Positions 41,050 through 50,025 of a stretch of DNA of 64,000 nt are shown here, piece by piece (the stretch's first letter is position 1; each line of letters begins with the position of its first letter). The DNA comes from an uncultured Flavobacteriaceae bacterium. GTDB lineage: Bacteria > Bacteroidota > Bacteroidia > Flavobacteriales > Flavobacteriaceae. Location of the stretch: positions 37,136 to 101,135 of the forward strand of contig CAWVRK010000004.1 in NCBI GenBank assembly GCA_963932955.1, written 5' to 3'. The position numbers and the translations under genes are program-made. A model generated the notes under the pieces. It made no database searches and had not been told where the DNA came from. It saw only the letters and a program-made list of their open reading frames with translations.

Positions 41050-42216
41050 TCAATCGTTTTTTACGTGTAAATTTGCGTTGAGTTCAATCGTTTTGGGATT
41101 GGGTCTGCAAATCAGATGGCCGTTGGTACTGTCCAAAAGGAACAGCAATTTGTCTTTTCCGTTCAATGCGGCACCTTTGACGATGTTGTCCCCTTCAGAC
41201 ACGATTGCTCCTTCGAGATTGATCGGTTCGTTCTTTTCGTTGTACATCCGTATTTTGGCTGCGGCAGTTACATAAACACCTGCTGCAATAGTACACCCAA
41301 ATCCTAAAGAAATCCCGGTACCTGCATTGGCGCCCAACAAGCATTTGTCTCCGATAGAAATGACATTTTTATTCCCGCCTGAAAGTGTTCCCATGATAGA
41401 AACACCTCCGCCAAGGTCAGAATCGTGTCCAACAACAACCCCTGCCGAGACGCGTCCTTCGATCATCGCATTGCCAAGTGTTCCCGCATTGAAATTGATG
41501 TATCCTGCAGGCATTACAGTCGTTCCAACGGCAGTATGTGCGCCGAGACGAACTTGAGAGCCAGAAGCAATTCGAACTCCGTTTGGCACATGGTAATCCA
41601 CCATGTACGGAAATTTATCTACGTGTGAAACCTGTAAGACATCGCCTTTGAATGTCGCTTTGATACGTTCTTCACTGAGGTCTTCGGGTAGGACAGGACC
41701 TTGATTGGTCCAAGCGATGTTGTTTAGTTTTCCAAAAACTCCTTCCAAACTCAACCCATGCGGTTGTACATGCAATTGTGAAAGGCATTGCAATTTGAAA
41801 TATCCTTCCACGGCATCAGCAACAGCAGTGTCTTTGTCAAATAAAAAGTAAGCGATCAGGTCGATTTCCTGGTATCCTTCTGGTTGGTTGTAGTTTTCGA
41901 GCAACTGTTGGAGCAATGTGATGTTTGGGTGCTTTTCAATTTCATGGTGAAAGGCACTGAAATTATCAAACGCTTTTTGAAGCTGTACTTTGGTCAGAAC
42001 CACAAAACCATTGGAGTTGGACTCGTAACCCGTCACATCTTGCAACAAAGCCGCTGTACCAAAAGCACTGTCCCAATTGATTGCTGGAAAGTTAACGTCT
42101 AATGTCTTGCCTGCTTTCGACCTGCGAATTCCCAATCCAAAAGCCAAAGGTTTGGTATAAGTGGGTTTTGCGTTTATCTGTTGTACGTATTGTTTAAACT
42201 GTTCAAGCGTATTCAT
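41050..42216 (-). CDS. dapD: Tetrahydrodipicolinate N-succinyltransferase, long (Campylobacter/Helicobacter-like) type
   Basis: VDKFP.MVDY.VP.GVRIA...VRLGA, NFNAGT, EGRVSAGVVVG..SDLGGG.S..G.LSGG, LGANAG.GISLG, IELN..LH. About 388 aa from MNTLEQF. Confidence 0.9.
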   Translation of the reverse strand: MNTLEQFKQYVQQINAKPTYTKPLAFGLGIRRSKAGKTLDVNFPAINWDSAFGTAALLQDVTGYESNSNGFVVLTKVQLQKAFDNFSAFHHEIEKHPNITLLQQLLENYNQPEGYQEIDLIAYFLFDKDTAVADAVEGYFKLQCLSQLHVQPHGLSLEGVFGKLNNIAWTNQGPVLPEDLSEERIKATFKGDVLQVSHVDKFPYMVDYHVPNGVRIASGSQVRLGAHTAVGTTVMPAGYINFNAGTLGNAMIEGRVSAGVVVGHDSDLGGGVSIMGTLSGGNKNVISIGDKCLLGANAGTGISLGFGCTIAAGVYVTAAAKIRMYNEKNEPINLEGAIVSEGDNIVKGAALNGKDKLLFLLDSTNGHLICRPNPKTIELNANLHVKND

Positions 42217-42323
42217 AGTAAATCTTTTTAATGGTAAAAAGCAAAGATACAGCAAAGGACTTTAAATTGAAACCGAACGGCGCGATTATCCCCAAGAAAT
42301 TTGATTCTTGACAAGGGTTGTTT

Positions 42324-42818
42324 TTAAATGATTTTGTCCGTGTTTTTCTTCAGGTAAAGGACACGCTGCTCAAATATTTTTTGAGGAATGGGCAAAACAA
42401 CCGATTCAAAGATTTCCATGAAAACATCTGTATGGGGTTCAACGCGATTTTTTTTCAAGTTGAATGGAGCAAAACCAAACCAAGCAACCGTTTTTAAAAT
42501 GGTTTTATCTTTGTTCCACATCCGCATTTCCACTTCAATACTGCGAGAATCGTAACAAATCAGCTGAGATTGTATGCAAACTTCTTCCATTGTGAAAACC
42601 GGTTTTAGGTAGGCAATTTTGTTATTAGACACTAACCATCCGAGGCCTTGTTCTTGAATGATTTTAAAAAGGTCGATGTCGTAATAGGTCAAGAGTTGGT
42701 CTTCACGGGCATTGATAAAATAATCGACATAGCGTCCGTTGTTTAAATGGTTGAAGGGGTCACAATCTTGGAAACGAATTTTTTTAAAACTTTCTAAGAT
42801 TTGGGGTAGTTGAGTCAT
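42324..42818 (-). CDS. Acyl-CoA thioesterase (4HBT/hotdog fold)
   Basis: RFQDCDPFNHLNNGRY..YF..ARE. Confidence 0.88.
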   Translation of the reverse strand: MTQLPQILESFKKIRFQDCDPFNHLNNGRYVDYFINAREDQLLTYYDIDLFKIIQEQGLGWLVSNNKIAYLKPVFTMEEVCIQSQLICYDSRSIEVEMRMWNKDKTILKTVAWFGFAPFNLKKNRVEPHTDVFMEIFESVVLPIPQKIFEQRVLYLKKNTDKII

Positions 42819-42863
42819 GGAATGTGGTTTTGTAATGATTATAGTAGGCAATGATTGAGAATG

Positions 42864-43769
42864 CTATATTGATTTTTCTAGGTGTTCCACAATTGTTTTC
42901 AATGCTGTTTTGTGGTCAAACCAAGTGGTGTCTGAATCCCTTTTGAACCATGTCATTTGACGTTTGGCAAAGCGGCGTGTATTTTTTTTAATCTCTGCAA
43001 TAGCAGCTTCCAATTCGCACTTCTCCTCAAAGTATGCAAACAATTCGCGGTATCCGACTGTTTGAAGTGCGTTCAAGTCTTTGTGCGGATGTACGCGCCT
43101 TGCTTCTTCCATCAAACCATTTTCCATCATGCGATCGACTCTTTGGTTGATGCGGTTGTAGATCAAGTTGCGCTCAGCTGTCAATCCAATACGAATGATT
43201 TCAAAGTTTCGAATTGCTTTGGGTTTGTTTTTAAAAGAGGAATAGGGCTTTCCAGAGCCGATGCACACTTCCAATGCACGAATGACCCTGTGCGGGTTGT
43301 CTAAGGTTGTTTTTTCATAGGTCTCGGCATCCAATACTTTGAGTCGTTCTTGTAAAACTGAAAGGCCTTTTTTCGCGAGTTCTTGGTTCAGTTGCTGTCG
43401 TATTTTAGGATCAATTTCAGGGAAATGGTCCAATCCGTTGAGCAAGGCATCCACATACAAACCACTACCGCCTACCAGAACAACCACCTCTTTTTTTAAA
43501 AACAACTGCTCCAATTGCTCCAAGGCATCTCTTTCAAACTGCCCCACATTGTAATTTTCGAAAATAGATCGATTTTGGACAAAATAGTGCGGTGCTTGCC
43601 CAAGTTCTTCTTCTGAAGGAACGGCAGTTCCGATTGCGAGTTCTTTGTAAAATTGCCGCGAGTCACAAGACAGAATTGGCGCCTGAAAATGTTGGGCAAT
43701 TTCAATGCTCAATGCTGTTTTTCCAATTGCAGTGGGGCCAACAATGCTGATCAAGGTTTTTGAGGACAT
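42864..43769 (-). CDS. miaA: tRNA (adenosine(37)-N6)-dimethylallyltransferase
   Basis: GPTAIGKT, DSRQFYKEL.IGTA, VGGSGLY, RVIRALEV, TVGYRE, TRRFAKRQMTW. Start placed at MSSKTLISIVG. Confidence 0.97.
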   Translation of the reverse strand: MSSKTLISIVGPTAIGKTALSIEIAQHFQAPILSCDSRQFYKELAIGTAVPSEEELGQAPHYFVQNRSIFENYNVGQFERDALEQLEQLFLKKEVVVLVGGSGLYVDALLNGLDHFPEIDPKIRQQLNQELAKKGLSVLQERLKVLDAETYEKTTLDNPHRVIRALEVCIGSGKPYSSFKNKPKAIRNFEIIRIGLTAERNLIYNRINQRVDRMMENGLMEEARRVHPHKDLNALQTVGYRELFAYFEEKCELEAAIAEIKKNTRRFAKRQMTWFKRDSDTTWFDHKTALKTIVEHLEKSI

Positions 43770-43827
43770 GTTTTTTAAGTTCGTTGAATTCAAAAATAGA
43801 CAATACCGCGTTTGTGAAAAAGTTTTG

Positions 43828-44646
43828 TCACAGCTTTTCCCCGCATTGATTGCAAAATACAGCCTCGTCAGAATGCGTGTCAAAATTGCAATTAGAACAA
43901 GATTGAGTGTTTGTCGGTGTTTTACTGAAATGACTGCTGTATTCTGCAGAAACAATCCCTGTAGGGACTGCAATGATTGCGTACCCGAGGATCATTACAA
44001 TGGAAGCGATGAATTGACCCAAAGTAGTCACAGGAGCAATGTCTCCATAACCCACTGTTGTCAGTGTGACGATGGTCCAATACACACTCCTGGGAATGCT
44101 TGTAAAACCACTGCCAGCTCTCGCTTCGACCAAATACATGACGGTGCCTAAGATGATAGAAATAACGACCACAGTAAAAAGAAAAACAGCAATTTTAGGG
44201 CGGCTTGCTCGGAGAGCTGCAAGCAGTTTGTTGGAGGCGCCGATATAACGAGTGATTTTTAAAATCCGAAAGACACGTAACAATCTTAGGGCACGTAAAA
44301 TAAGAAGTGCATGGCTGCCTCCGACAAACAAAGAAAGGTACTTTGGAAGGGTAGACAACAAATCAATGACCCCCAAATAACTGAAAATATAGTGCTTGGG
44401 TTTTTTGATGGATACAATTCGCAAAAGGTATTCGATGGTAAATAGAATGGTAATACTCCATTCTGCTCTATTGAAAAAAGTAGGGTAGTGCGTCCCAATA
44501 CTTGGAACGCTTTCCAGCAGAACCAATGCGATGCTTGCCAAAATGGTCAGCATCAAGAGTACATCAAACAACTTCCCTTTAGGCGTATCTGCCTCGTAGA
44601 TGATTTCGTGTATTTTTTTTTTCCAAGTGTGATGAGATTCTTTCAT
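43828..44646 (-). CDS. Voltage-gated potassium channel / ion transporter with C-terminal zinc ribbon
   Basis: S4 segment LRALRLLRVFRILK, selectivity filter TTVGYGD, C-terminal CxxC...CxxC. Confidence 0.93.
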   Translation of the reverse strand: MKESHHTWKKKIHEIIYEADTPKGKLFDVLLMLTILASIALVLLESVPSIGTHYPTFFNRAEWSITILFTIEYLLRIVSIKKPKHYIFSYLGVIDLLSTLPKYLSLFVGGSHALLILRALRLLRVFRILKITRYIGASNKLLAALRASRPKIAVFLFTVVVISIILGTVMYLVEARAGSGFTSIPRSVYWTIVTLTTVGYGDIAPVTTLGQFIASIVMILGYAIIAVPTGIVSAEYSSHFSKTPTNTQSCSNCNFDTHSDEAVFCNQCGEKL

Positions 44647-44659
44647 TGTTGTTTTTTAT

Positions 44660-45745
44660 TCAATACCGAACGATGCGTTCTATTTTTCCTGCTTCGAGGT
44701 ATTTTTTGATTGCATATCTTGTTGCCAACGTATCTTCAATTTTAGTAAGCAAGGTTTTGAGGATGTCCATGTTGTTAAATTGATGGGCCAAATCGATGAA
44801 TCCAACACCTAAAATTTGGTTTTCTTCGATCAACACAACTGATTTCTCTTGAGCGTGTCTTCCCTTGTCAATCAGAAGCATGTTCTCGTTGTTAAAAACG
44901 ACCGTTTGCAAGTTCTTTTTACGATGGTTGTTGAATTTTGGCTTGTGTTTCATACAAGCCATGTCAAATTTTAATTGTGCAATCAATTCATTTCCTGTTT
45001 CTTCATGACTGATCGAGTGAGAATTCTCTTGAAGGTTTAGTATTTTTTTGGAAGTTTTAAGGTAAAGTTGGTTGATGCCTTTTTTGATGTTTTTATTCCT
45101 CCCGATATAAATCACCTCTCCTTCTGTATTGTGTATGTAAAAAACGCCCATCACAGTAGGGGCATCTTCAATCATTTTGTTCAACTTGTCAGAAAACACT
45201 TTTACTTTGTCTACCAAAATCTTTATGGAGCTTTTTGTAATTTCTTTTGACAGGTCTTTGGTCAATAAAAATTTAAACAATTTTAAGGTTGCCAGTGCAT
45301 CACCACTAGCTCGATGTCTGCCATTCATGGGAATGCCTAAGGAGCGGCACAGTTTTCCCAAACTGTAGGAAGGCATTTCAGGGATAAGCTTTTTACTCAA
45401 CTCCACCGTACAAAGCGTTTCTCTCGTATAATCAAAGCCCAAGCGTTTGAATTCTGTGCGGAGAATTCGATAATCAAAAGAGGTGTTGTGGGCAATAAAA
45501 ACACAATCTTCAGTAATTTCTAAAATCCGCTTGGCAACTTCGTAAAACTTGGGAGCTGTTCGGACCATATTGGGGGTAATTCCAGTTAACTTGACAACAA
45601 AAGGCTGGATGGGTCTTTCAGGATTTACGAGTGTAATCAACTGATCTACTATCTGATGGCCATCGTATTTGTAGATGGCGACCTCTGTGATGCCTTCTTC
45701 ATTGAATTTACCTCCGGTCGTTTCAAAATCTATAATCGCGTACAT
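44660..45745 (-). CDS. DEDDh exonuclease (Pol III epsilon-like) fused to a degenerate GIY-YIG domain
   Basis: IIDFETTG, AHNTSFD, HRASGDA, then GVFYI...YIG. Confidence 0.88.
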   Translation of the reverse strand: MYAIIDFETTGGKFNEEGITEVAIYKYDGHQIVDQLITLVNPERPIQPFVVKLTGITPNMVRTAPKFYEVAKRILEITEDCVFIAHNTSFDYRILRTEFKRLGFDYTRETLCTVELSKKLIPEMPSYSLGKLCRSLGIPMNGRHRASGDALATLKLFKFLLTKDLSKEITKSSIKILVDKVKVFSDKLNKMIEDAPTVMGVFYIHNTEGEVIYIGRNKNIKKGINQLYLKTSKKILNLQENSHSISHEETGNELIAQLKFDMACMKHKPKFNNHRKKNLQTVVFNNENMLLIDKGRHAQEKSVVLIEENQILGVGFIDLAHQFNNMDILKTLLTKIEDTLATRYAIKKYLEAGKIERIVRY

Positions 45746-45769
45746 GTACTCTGTGGTTCTTTTTGTTTT

Positions 45770-46408
45770 TTAATTTCGTGCTCCAAAAATTGTGCTTCCC
45801 AAGCGGACCATGGTCGCGCCTTCTTGAATTGCGATATGGTAATCGCCACTCATTCCCATAGATAAAACAGCCAAGTCAGTCTGGTCAAAAAAGTCCTTTA
45901 AAGAACGAAATTCCTTTGCAACCTGTTCCGTGTCATCCGTAAAACTGGCCATCCCCATCAGTCCTACAATTTTTACATGTTCCATTTTTTTCAATTCTTC
46001 TGAGAAGAGGATTTTTTGTATTTCGATCATGGGCAATCCGAACTTCGTTGCTTCTTCTGAAATTTTTGCTTGCAATAAGCAGGAGATCACGCGTTGGTGT
46101 TTTTTCGCTTGTTTTTCGATTTCTCGTAAAGTGCTCAAACTATCAACCCCGTGAATCAAAGAGACAAAAGCCGCCATGTATTTCACTTTGTTCTTTTGAA
46201 GGTGACCGATAAAATGCCATTGGATATCTTTGGGCAAAGATTCCCATTTGCTGACCATTTCTTGGACCTTGTTTTCTCCAAAGGCACGTTGTCCTGTCTT
46301 GTAAGCTTCCTGTAACATAAGGATTGGCTTGGTTTTGGACACGGCTACTAATTGGACATTGGAAGGGATGTTTTGAGCGAGGGAAGAAATGTTTTTTTGT
46401 ATGGACAT
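45770..46408 (-). CDS. yggS: PLP homeostasis protein, YggS family
   Basis: LVAVSKTKP, FGENKVQE, WHFIGHLQKNK, GLMGM, LSMGMSGDY, MVRLGSTIFGAR. Confidence 0.95.
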   Translation of the reverse strand: MSIQKNISSLAQNIPSNVQLVAVSKTKPILMLQEAYKTGQRAFGENKVQEMVSKWESLPKDIQWHFIGHLQKNKVKYMAAFVSLIHGVDSLSTLREIEKQAKKHQRVISCLLQAKISEEATKFGLPMIEIQKILFSEELKKMEHVKIVGLMGMASFTDDTEQVAKEFRSLKDFFDQTDLAVLSMGMSGDYHIAIQEGATMVRLGSTIFGARN

Positions 46409-46540
46409 ATCTAAACGGGGGGACTGGTCAATAGTATTTGCTAAAACCCAAAGATACCATTTTATCGTGTATAACTACGTCAGCCTGCATATTTTCATAT
46501 CTAAAAAAAGTAAGACTTCTCAAACGAAACAAAGGCCAAA

Positions 46541-46570
46541 AAAAAACAGTCCTTTGAAAGACTGTTTTTT
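46541..46570. terminator. Intrinsic terminator after serA
   Basis: AAAAAACAGTC / GACTGTTTTTT stem. Confidence 0.75.
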
Positions 46571-46590
46571 CGAATGTAGAACAACAGCGC

Positions 46591-47541
46591 TTATGAAAGC
46601 AATGTGATGATTTGAGTTGCCAGTTCTCCACCGATTCGGTCTTGTGCCTCTCCAGTTGCTGCACCGATGTGAGGTGTCAAAGAAACTTTGGAATGCATCA
46701 ATACTTGTAAGGCAGGTTTTGGTTCTGTTTCAAAAACATCCAAGGCAGCACCGGCCAATTTTCCATTGTCAAGAGCCGCCAACAAAGCCACTTCGTCAAT
46801 CACGCCACCACGAGCAGCATTTGCAATAAAAGCACCGTCTTTCATGTTCTCAAGTTCGCTTGCGCCGATTACATAACCGTCTTGAGCAGGAACGTGAAGG
46901 GTTAAAAAGTCAGCTTGTTTGAGGACTTCTTCTTTTGAAACTGTGTCAATTTTAAGTGCGATGGATTGCCCGTCAAAAAAGTCCAAGTTAAGGGTTGCAG
47001 TTTCCATAAAAGGATCGAAAGCAACTACTTTCATCCCCAAACGCAAGGCTACAGCGGCAGTCGCCTGACCGATACGTCCAAATCCAAGGACACCTAATGT
47101 TTTTCCTTTCAATTCAACTCCCTTTGCGTAGGCTTTTTTCAATCCTTTGAAATTGGATTCTCCTTCCAAAGGCATGTTTTTGTTTGAATCGTGTAAGAAA
47201 CGCGCCATTCCTGTCAAGTGAGCAAAAACCAATTCCGCAACTGAATGTGAAGAGGCAGCAGGAGTATTGATTACGTGTACTCCTTTGTCGCGAGCGTATT
47301 GTACGTCGATGTTGTCCATTCCGACACCACCACGACCGATGATTTTCATTGAAGGACAAGCGTCAATCAATTCTTGACGTACGGTCGTAGCACTGCGAAC
47401 TAATAGGACGTCGATATTTTCTTGGTTGATAAAACTTTCTAGTTGCTCTTGGGCAACACTGGTAAGGAGGACTTCGAAACCGGCAGCTTCCAAGGCGGTT
47501 ACACCACTTTGAGCCAATCCGTCATTTGCTAATACTTTCAT
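46591..47541 (-). CDS. serA: D-3-phosphoglycerate dehydrogenase (short form)
   Basis: VRSAT, RGGVGMDNID, NTP..SS.SVAE, GxGxxG (GFGRIG), ARGG, DVF..EP, TPHIGAAT; directly downstream of serC. Confidence 0.88.
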   Translation of the reverse strand: MKVLANDGLAQSGVTALEAAGFEVLLTSVAQEQLESFINQENIDVLLVRSATTVRQELIDACPSMKIIGRGGVGMDNIDVQYARDKGVHVINTPAASSHSVAELVFAHLTGMARFLHDSNKNMPLEGESNFKGLKKAYAKGVELKGKTLGVLGFGRIGQATAAVALRLGMKVVAFDPFMETATLNLDFFDGQSIALKIDTVSKEEVLKQADFLTLHVPAQDGYVIGASELENMKDGAFIANAARGGVIDEVALLAALDNGKLAGAALDVFETEPKPALQVLMHSKVSLTPHIGAATGEAQDRIGGELATQIITLLS

Positions 47542-47596
47542 TTTTTTAGATTTATGTTTGCGTTGCGGGGCAACGATAAGTTCTAATGTTTATTTG

Positions 47597-48655
47597 TTAT
47601 CGATTCAAATCTCGCATGGCTTTGATCAACACGTTGACGCTTTCCAAAGGAAGTGCGTTGTAAATGCTCGCTCTGTATCCACCCACACTTCGGTGACCGT
47701 TTAAGGCGCTGATTCCAGCGGCAACACAAAGACTGTCAAATTTTTCTTTTAAAGACGCATCCGTCAAATTGAAGGTTACATTCATTTTAGAACGGTCTTC
47801 TTTGGCTGCAAATCCTACAAAAGAAGGATTGTTGTCAATCTCAGCATAGAGCAAAGATGCTTTTTCTTCGTTGGCTTTTTCAATGCCAGTGACTCCTCCA
47901 TTTTCTTTCAACCACTCCAAGGTCAACATAGAGACATATACTGCAAAGACAGGAGGGGTGTTGAACATGCTTCCTTTGTCTGCATGAATTTGATAATCCA
48001 ACATGGAAGGAATTTGTCTCCCGGATTTTCCTAGAATTTCATCTTTGACGATGACCAAAGTTGTTCCTGCAGGACCCATGTTTTTTTGAGCACCCGCATA
48101 GACCACGTCAAATTGACTGTAGTCCAAGGTTCTTGAAAATATATCCGAACTCATGTCTACCACTTTCAAAGTGTCTCCAGGGAATTCGTTCAATTGTGTT
48201 CCAAAAATAGTGTTGTTGGAAGTGAAGTGAATGTAGTCTGCGTCTTTAGGAACGTCGTATCCTTTGGGGATGTAATTGTATCCTTTGTCTTTTGAAGAAG
48301 CAACGACGACCGTATCTCCAAAAAGTTTTGCTTCTTTGATGGCTTTAGAACTCCAAGAACCCGTGTCTAGGTAAGCGGCTTTGCCACCGATTTTCATCAA
48401 GTTATAGGGCGCCATTACAAATTCGGTACTCGCACCTCCTTGCACAAAAAGTACGGAGTAGCCTTCGGGGAGCGCTAACAATTCCTTGACCAAAGCTTGT
48501 GCTTTGTCCATTACAGCAATGAATTCTTTGCTGCGGTGAGAAATCTCTATCAAGGACAAACCGAGTCCTTGAAAATCAACAATGGCTTCGCTTGCTTTCT
48601 TTAAAACTTCTTGGGGCAATACAGAGGGGCCTGCACTAAAATTATGTTTTTTCAT
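47597..48655 (-). CDS. serC: Phosphoserine aminotransferase
   Basis: HNFSAGP, EISHRS, QGGAS, NNTIFG, DMSSD, YAGAQKNMGPAG, FNTPP, GHRSVGGYRASIYNA. Confidence 0.97.
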   Translation of the reverse strand: MKKHNFSAGPSVLPQEVLKKASEAIVDFQGLGLSLIEISHRSKEFIAVMDKAQALVKELLALPEGYSVLFVQGGASTEFVMAPYNLMKIGGKAAYLDTGSWSSKAIKEAKLFGDTVVVASSKDKGYNYIPKGYDVPKDADYIHFTSNNTIFGTQLNEFPGDTLKVVDMSSDIFSRTLDYSQFDVVYAGAQKNMGPAGTTLVIVKDEILGKSGRQIPSMLDYQIHADKGSMFNTPPVFAVYVSMLTLEWLKENGGVTGIEKANEEKASLLYAEIDNNPSFVGFAAKEDRSKMNVTFNLTDASLKEKFDSLCVAAGISALNGHRSVGGYRASIYNALPLESVNVLIKAMRDLNR

Positions 48656-48749
48656 TGGGAAAAGTTGTCTGAGTTATTTTTACAATAAACGAAAAGCAAA
48701 TTTCGGCAATTAAATTCATTTTACCATCTTAAAACGGCTAAATTATTCA

Positions 48750-49808
48750 CTACAATGTTAACAAAAATTGAAGCGTATCCACACCATCAGCATAGTCCCA
48801 TAGTGAAGGAGCTTGTGTTTTTCCTAGCGGGATGCTTCCTGGAATGTCGATGTTGGTTGTAATACATTGAATTTTAGAGCGTTCTTGTTCTAAGGTAGTG
48901 AGCAATGAGTCTAGGTCCTCGTAATATTCGTAAAATAGAGAGGAGATCGGTGATGTAAAGCTACGGTCTTCTTTGAGCATTAAAAATCCATTTTCTCGAA
49001 TGTCAAAAAGACTCATCAAGTAGACTGCTTTGTTGTATTCGTAATTATTGGCATAGCGTTCGTAATTTACAATGTCTTTGTGTTTGAAGACAGCTTTGAA
49101 AATCCTGTTCAAATCAAAGCCTTTGGGCAGGTATATTTTTGAAATACTCCTGCATCCCAAGCCAAAATAGCGAAAAATATCATCGCTCATGCGCTCCAAA
49201 GTTTTTAGATCTTCGTCTCCGGAGAGAATTGCAACGGTATTTCTGTTTTGGCGAATGATGTGTGGGTGTTTGCCAAAATAATAATCAAAATAGCGCGCGG
49301 TGTTGTCGCTTCCTGTGGCAATCACGGCATCAAAATCTGTCAATTTTCCTTCTGTAAACGTAATTTTTCCATTGAATTCGGGATGCGCATATTGCATGTA
49401 TTTTCCTAACATCGGAAGGAAATGCTTGTCGTTTGAGGATAATTTCGCGACCAGGGAATGGCCAGCTATCAGCACACTTAAAAAGTCGTGAAATCCAACC
49501 ATAGGAATGTTTCCAGCCATAATGACCGCAATGGTTTTGGGAGTGTTTTGCTTAAAAATATAAGAGGAGGTCCATTTGTTAAGGTTTTCAGGCCGCAAGG
49601 CTTGGCTCCAGCTTTCCATAGCAAACAATACATTGTCTTTGGTAAACCACCCGTTGAATTCTTGTGCTCTGTCAATTTGCATTTGGAAAGCGTCAAAAAA
49701 CAAATCGTTGTGAGGGATGTTTTCCTTTCGGAGAATTTCCTTTCTTGAAAATTGACTTAAAAAAACACCTAAGGCAACAAAAGCGTCTTTTCTCTGCTGT
49801 AATGACAT
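48750..49808 (-). CDS. Acyl-CoA reductase, LuxC-like family
   Basis: IMAGNIPMVGFHD, AKLSS, IATGSDNT, RNTVA, YFGLGCRS (catalytic Cys). Confidence 0.85.
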   Translation of the reverse strand: MSLQQRKDAFVALGVFLSQFSRKEILRKENIPHNDLFFDAFQMQIDRAQEFNGWFTKDNVLFAMESWSQALRPENLNKWTSSYIFKQNTPKTIAVIMAGNIPMVGFHDFLSVLIAGHSLVAKLSSNDKHFLPMLGKYMQYAHPEFNGKITFTEGKLTDFDAVIATGSDNTARYFDYYFGKHPHIIRQNRNTVAILSGDEDLKTLERMSDDIFRYFGLGCRSISKIYLPKGFDLNRIFKAVFKHKDIVNYERYANNYEYNKAVYLMSLFDIRENGFLMLKEDRSFTSPISSLFYEYYEDLDSLLTTLEQERSKIQCITTNIDIPGSIPLGKTQAPSLWDYADGVDTLQFLLTL

Positions 49809-50025
49809 GCGTAGTTTTATTTAGATCGCTGCAAAAATAGGGAAACTTAAGAGAATTGTTTTAAGAGGAGATTTATATTTTTTTTTGAAGAGGAAACGAT
49901 TGTACGCATATTTGTGTATTTTGCCTTGGTACTTCTTGATGTAACTGAAAAGTATTTAAAGGTGCTTTGAAAACAGCTTGCCATTCAATGAATAGATACC
50001 AACGACTCTTCAAAAACCTCGCTTT

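Noticed and set aside
43770-43973. 68-aa N-terminal extension of MiaA in the ORF track
   Set aside because: Overlaps the ion-channel gene. MiaA homology starts at MSSKTLISIVGPT, so this is a longest-ORF artifact; the same applies to the track starts of sucC, hisG, hisF, queE, hemJ and lptF/G.
46428-46664. 78-aa ORF between serA and yggS
   Set aside because: Overlaps the serA 3' end and its terminator hairpin, with no homology cues.
48750-49808. Bioluminescence (lux) system
   Set aside because: No luxA, luxB, luxD or luxE nearby; stand-alone LuxC-like reductases are common in Bacteroidota.
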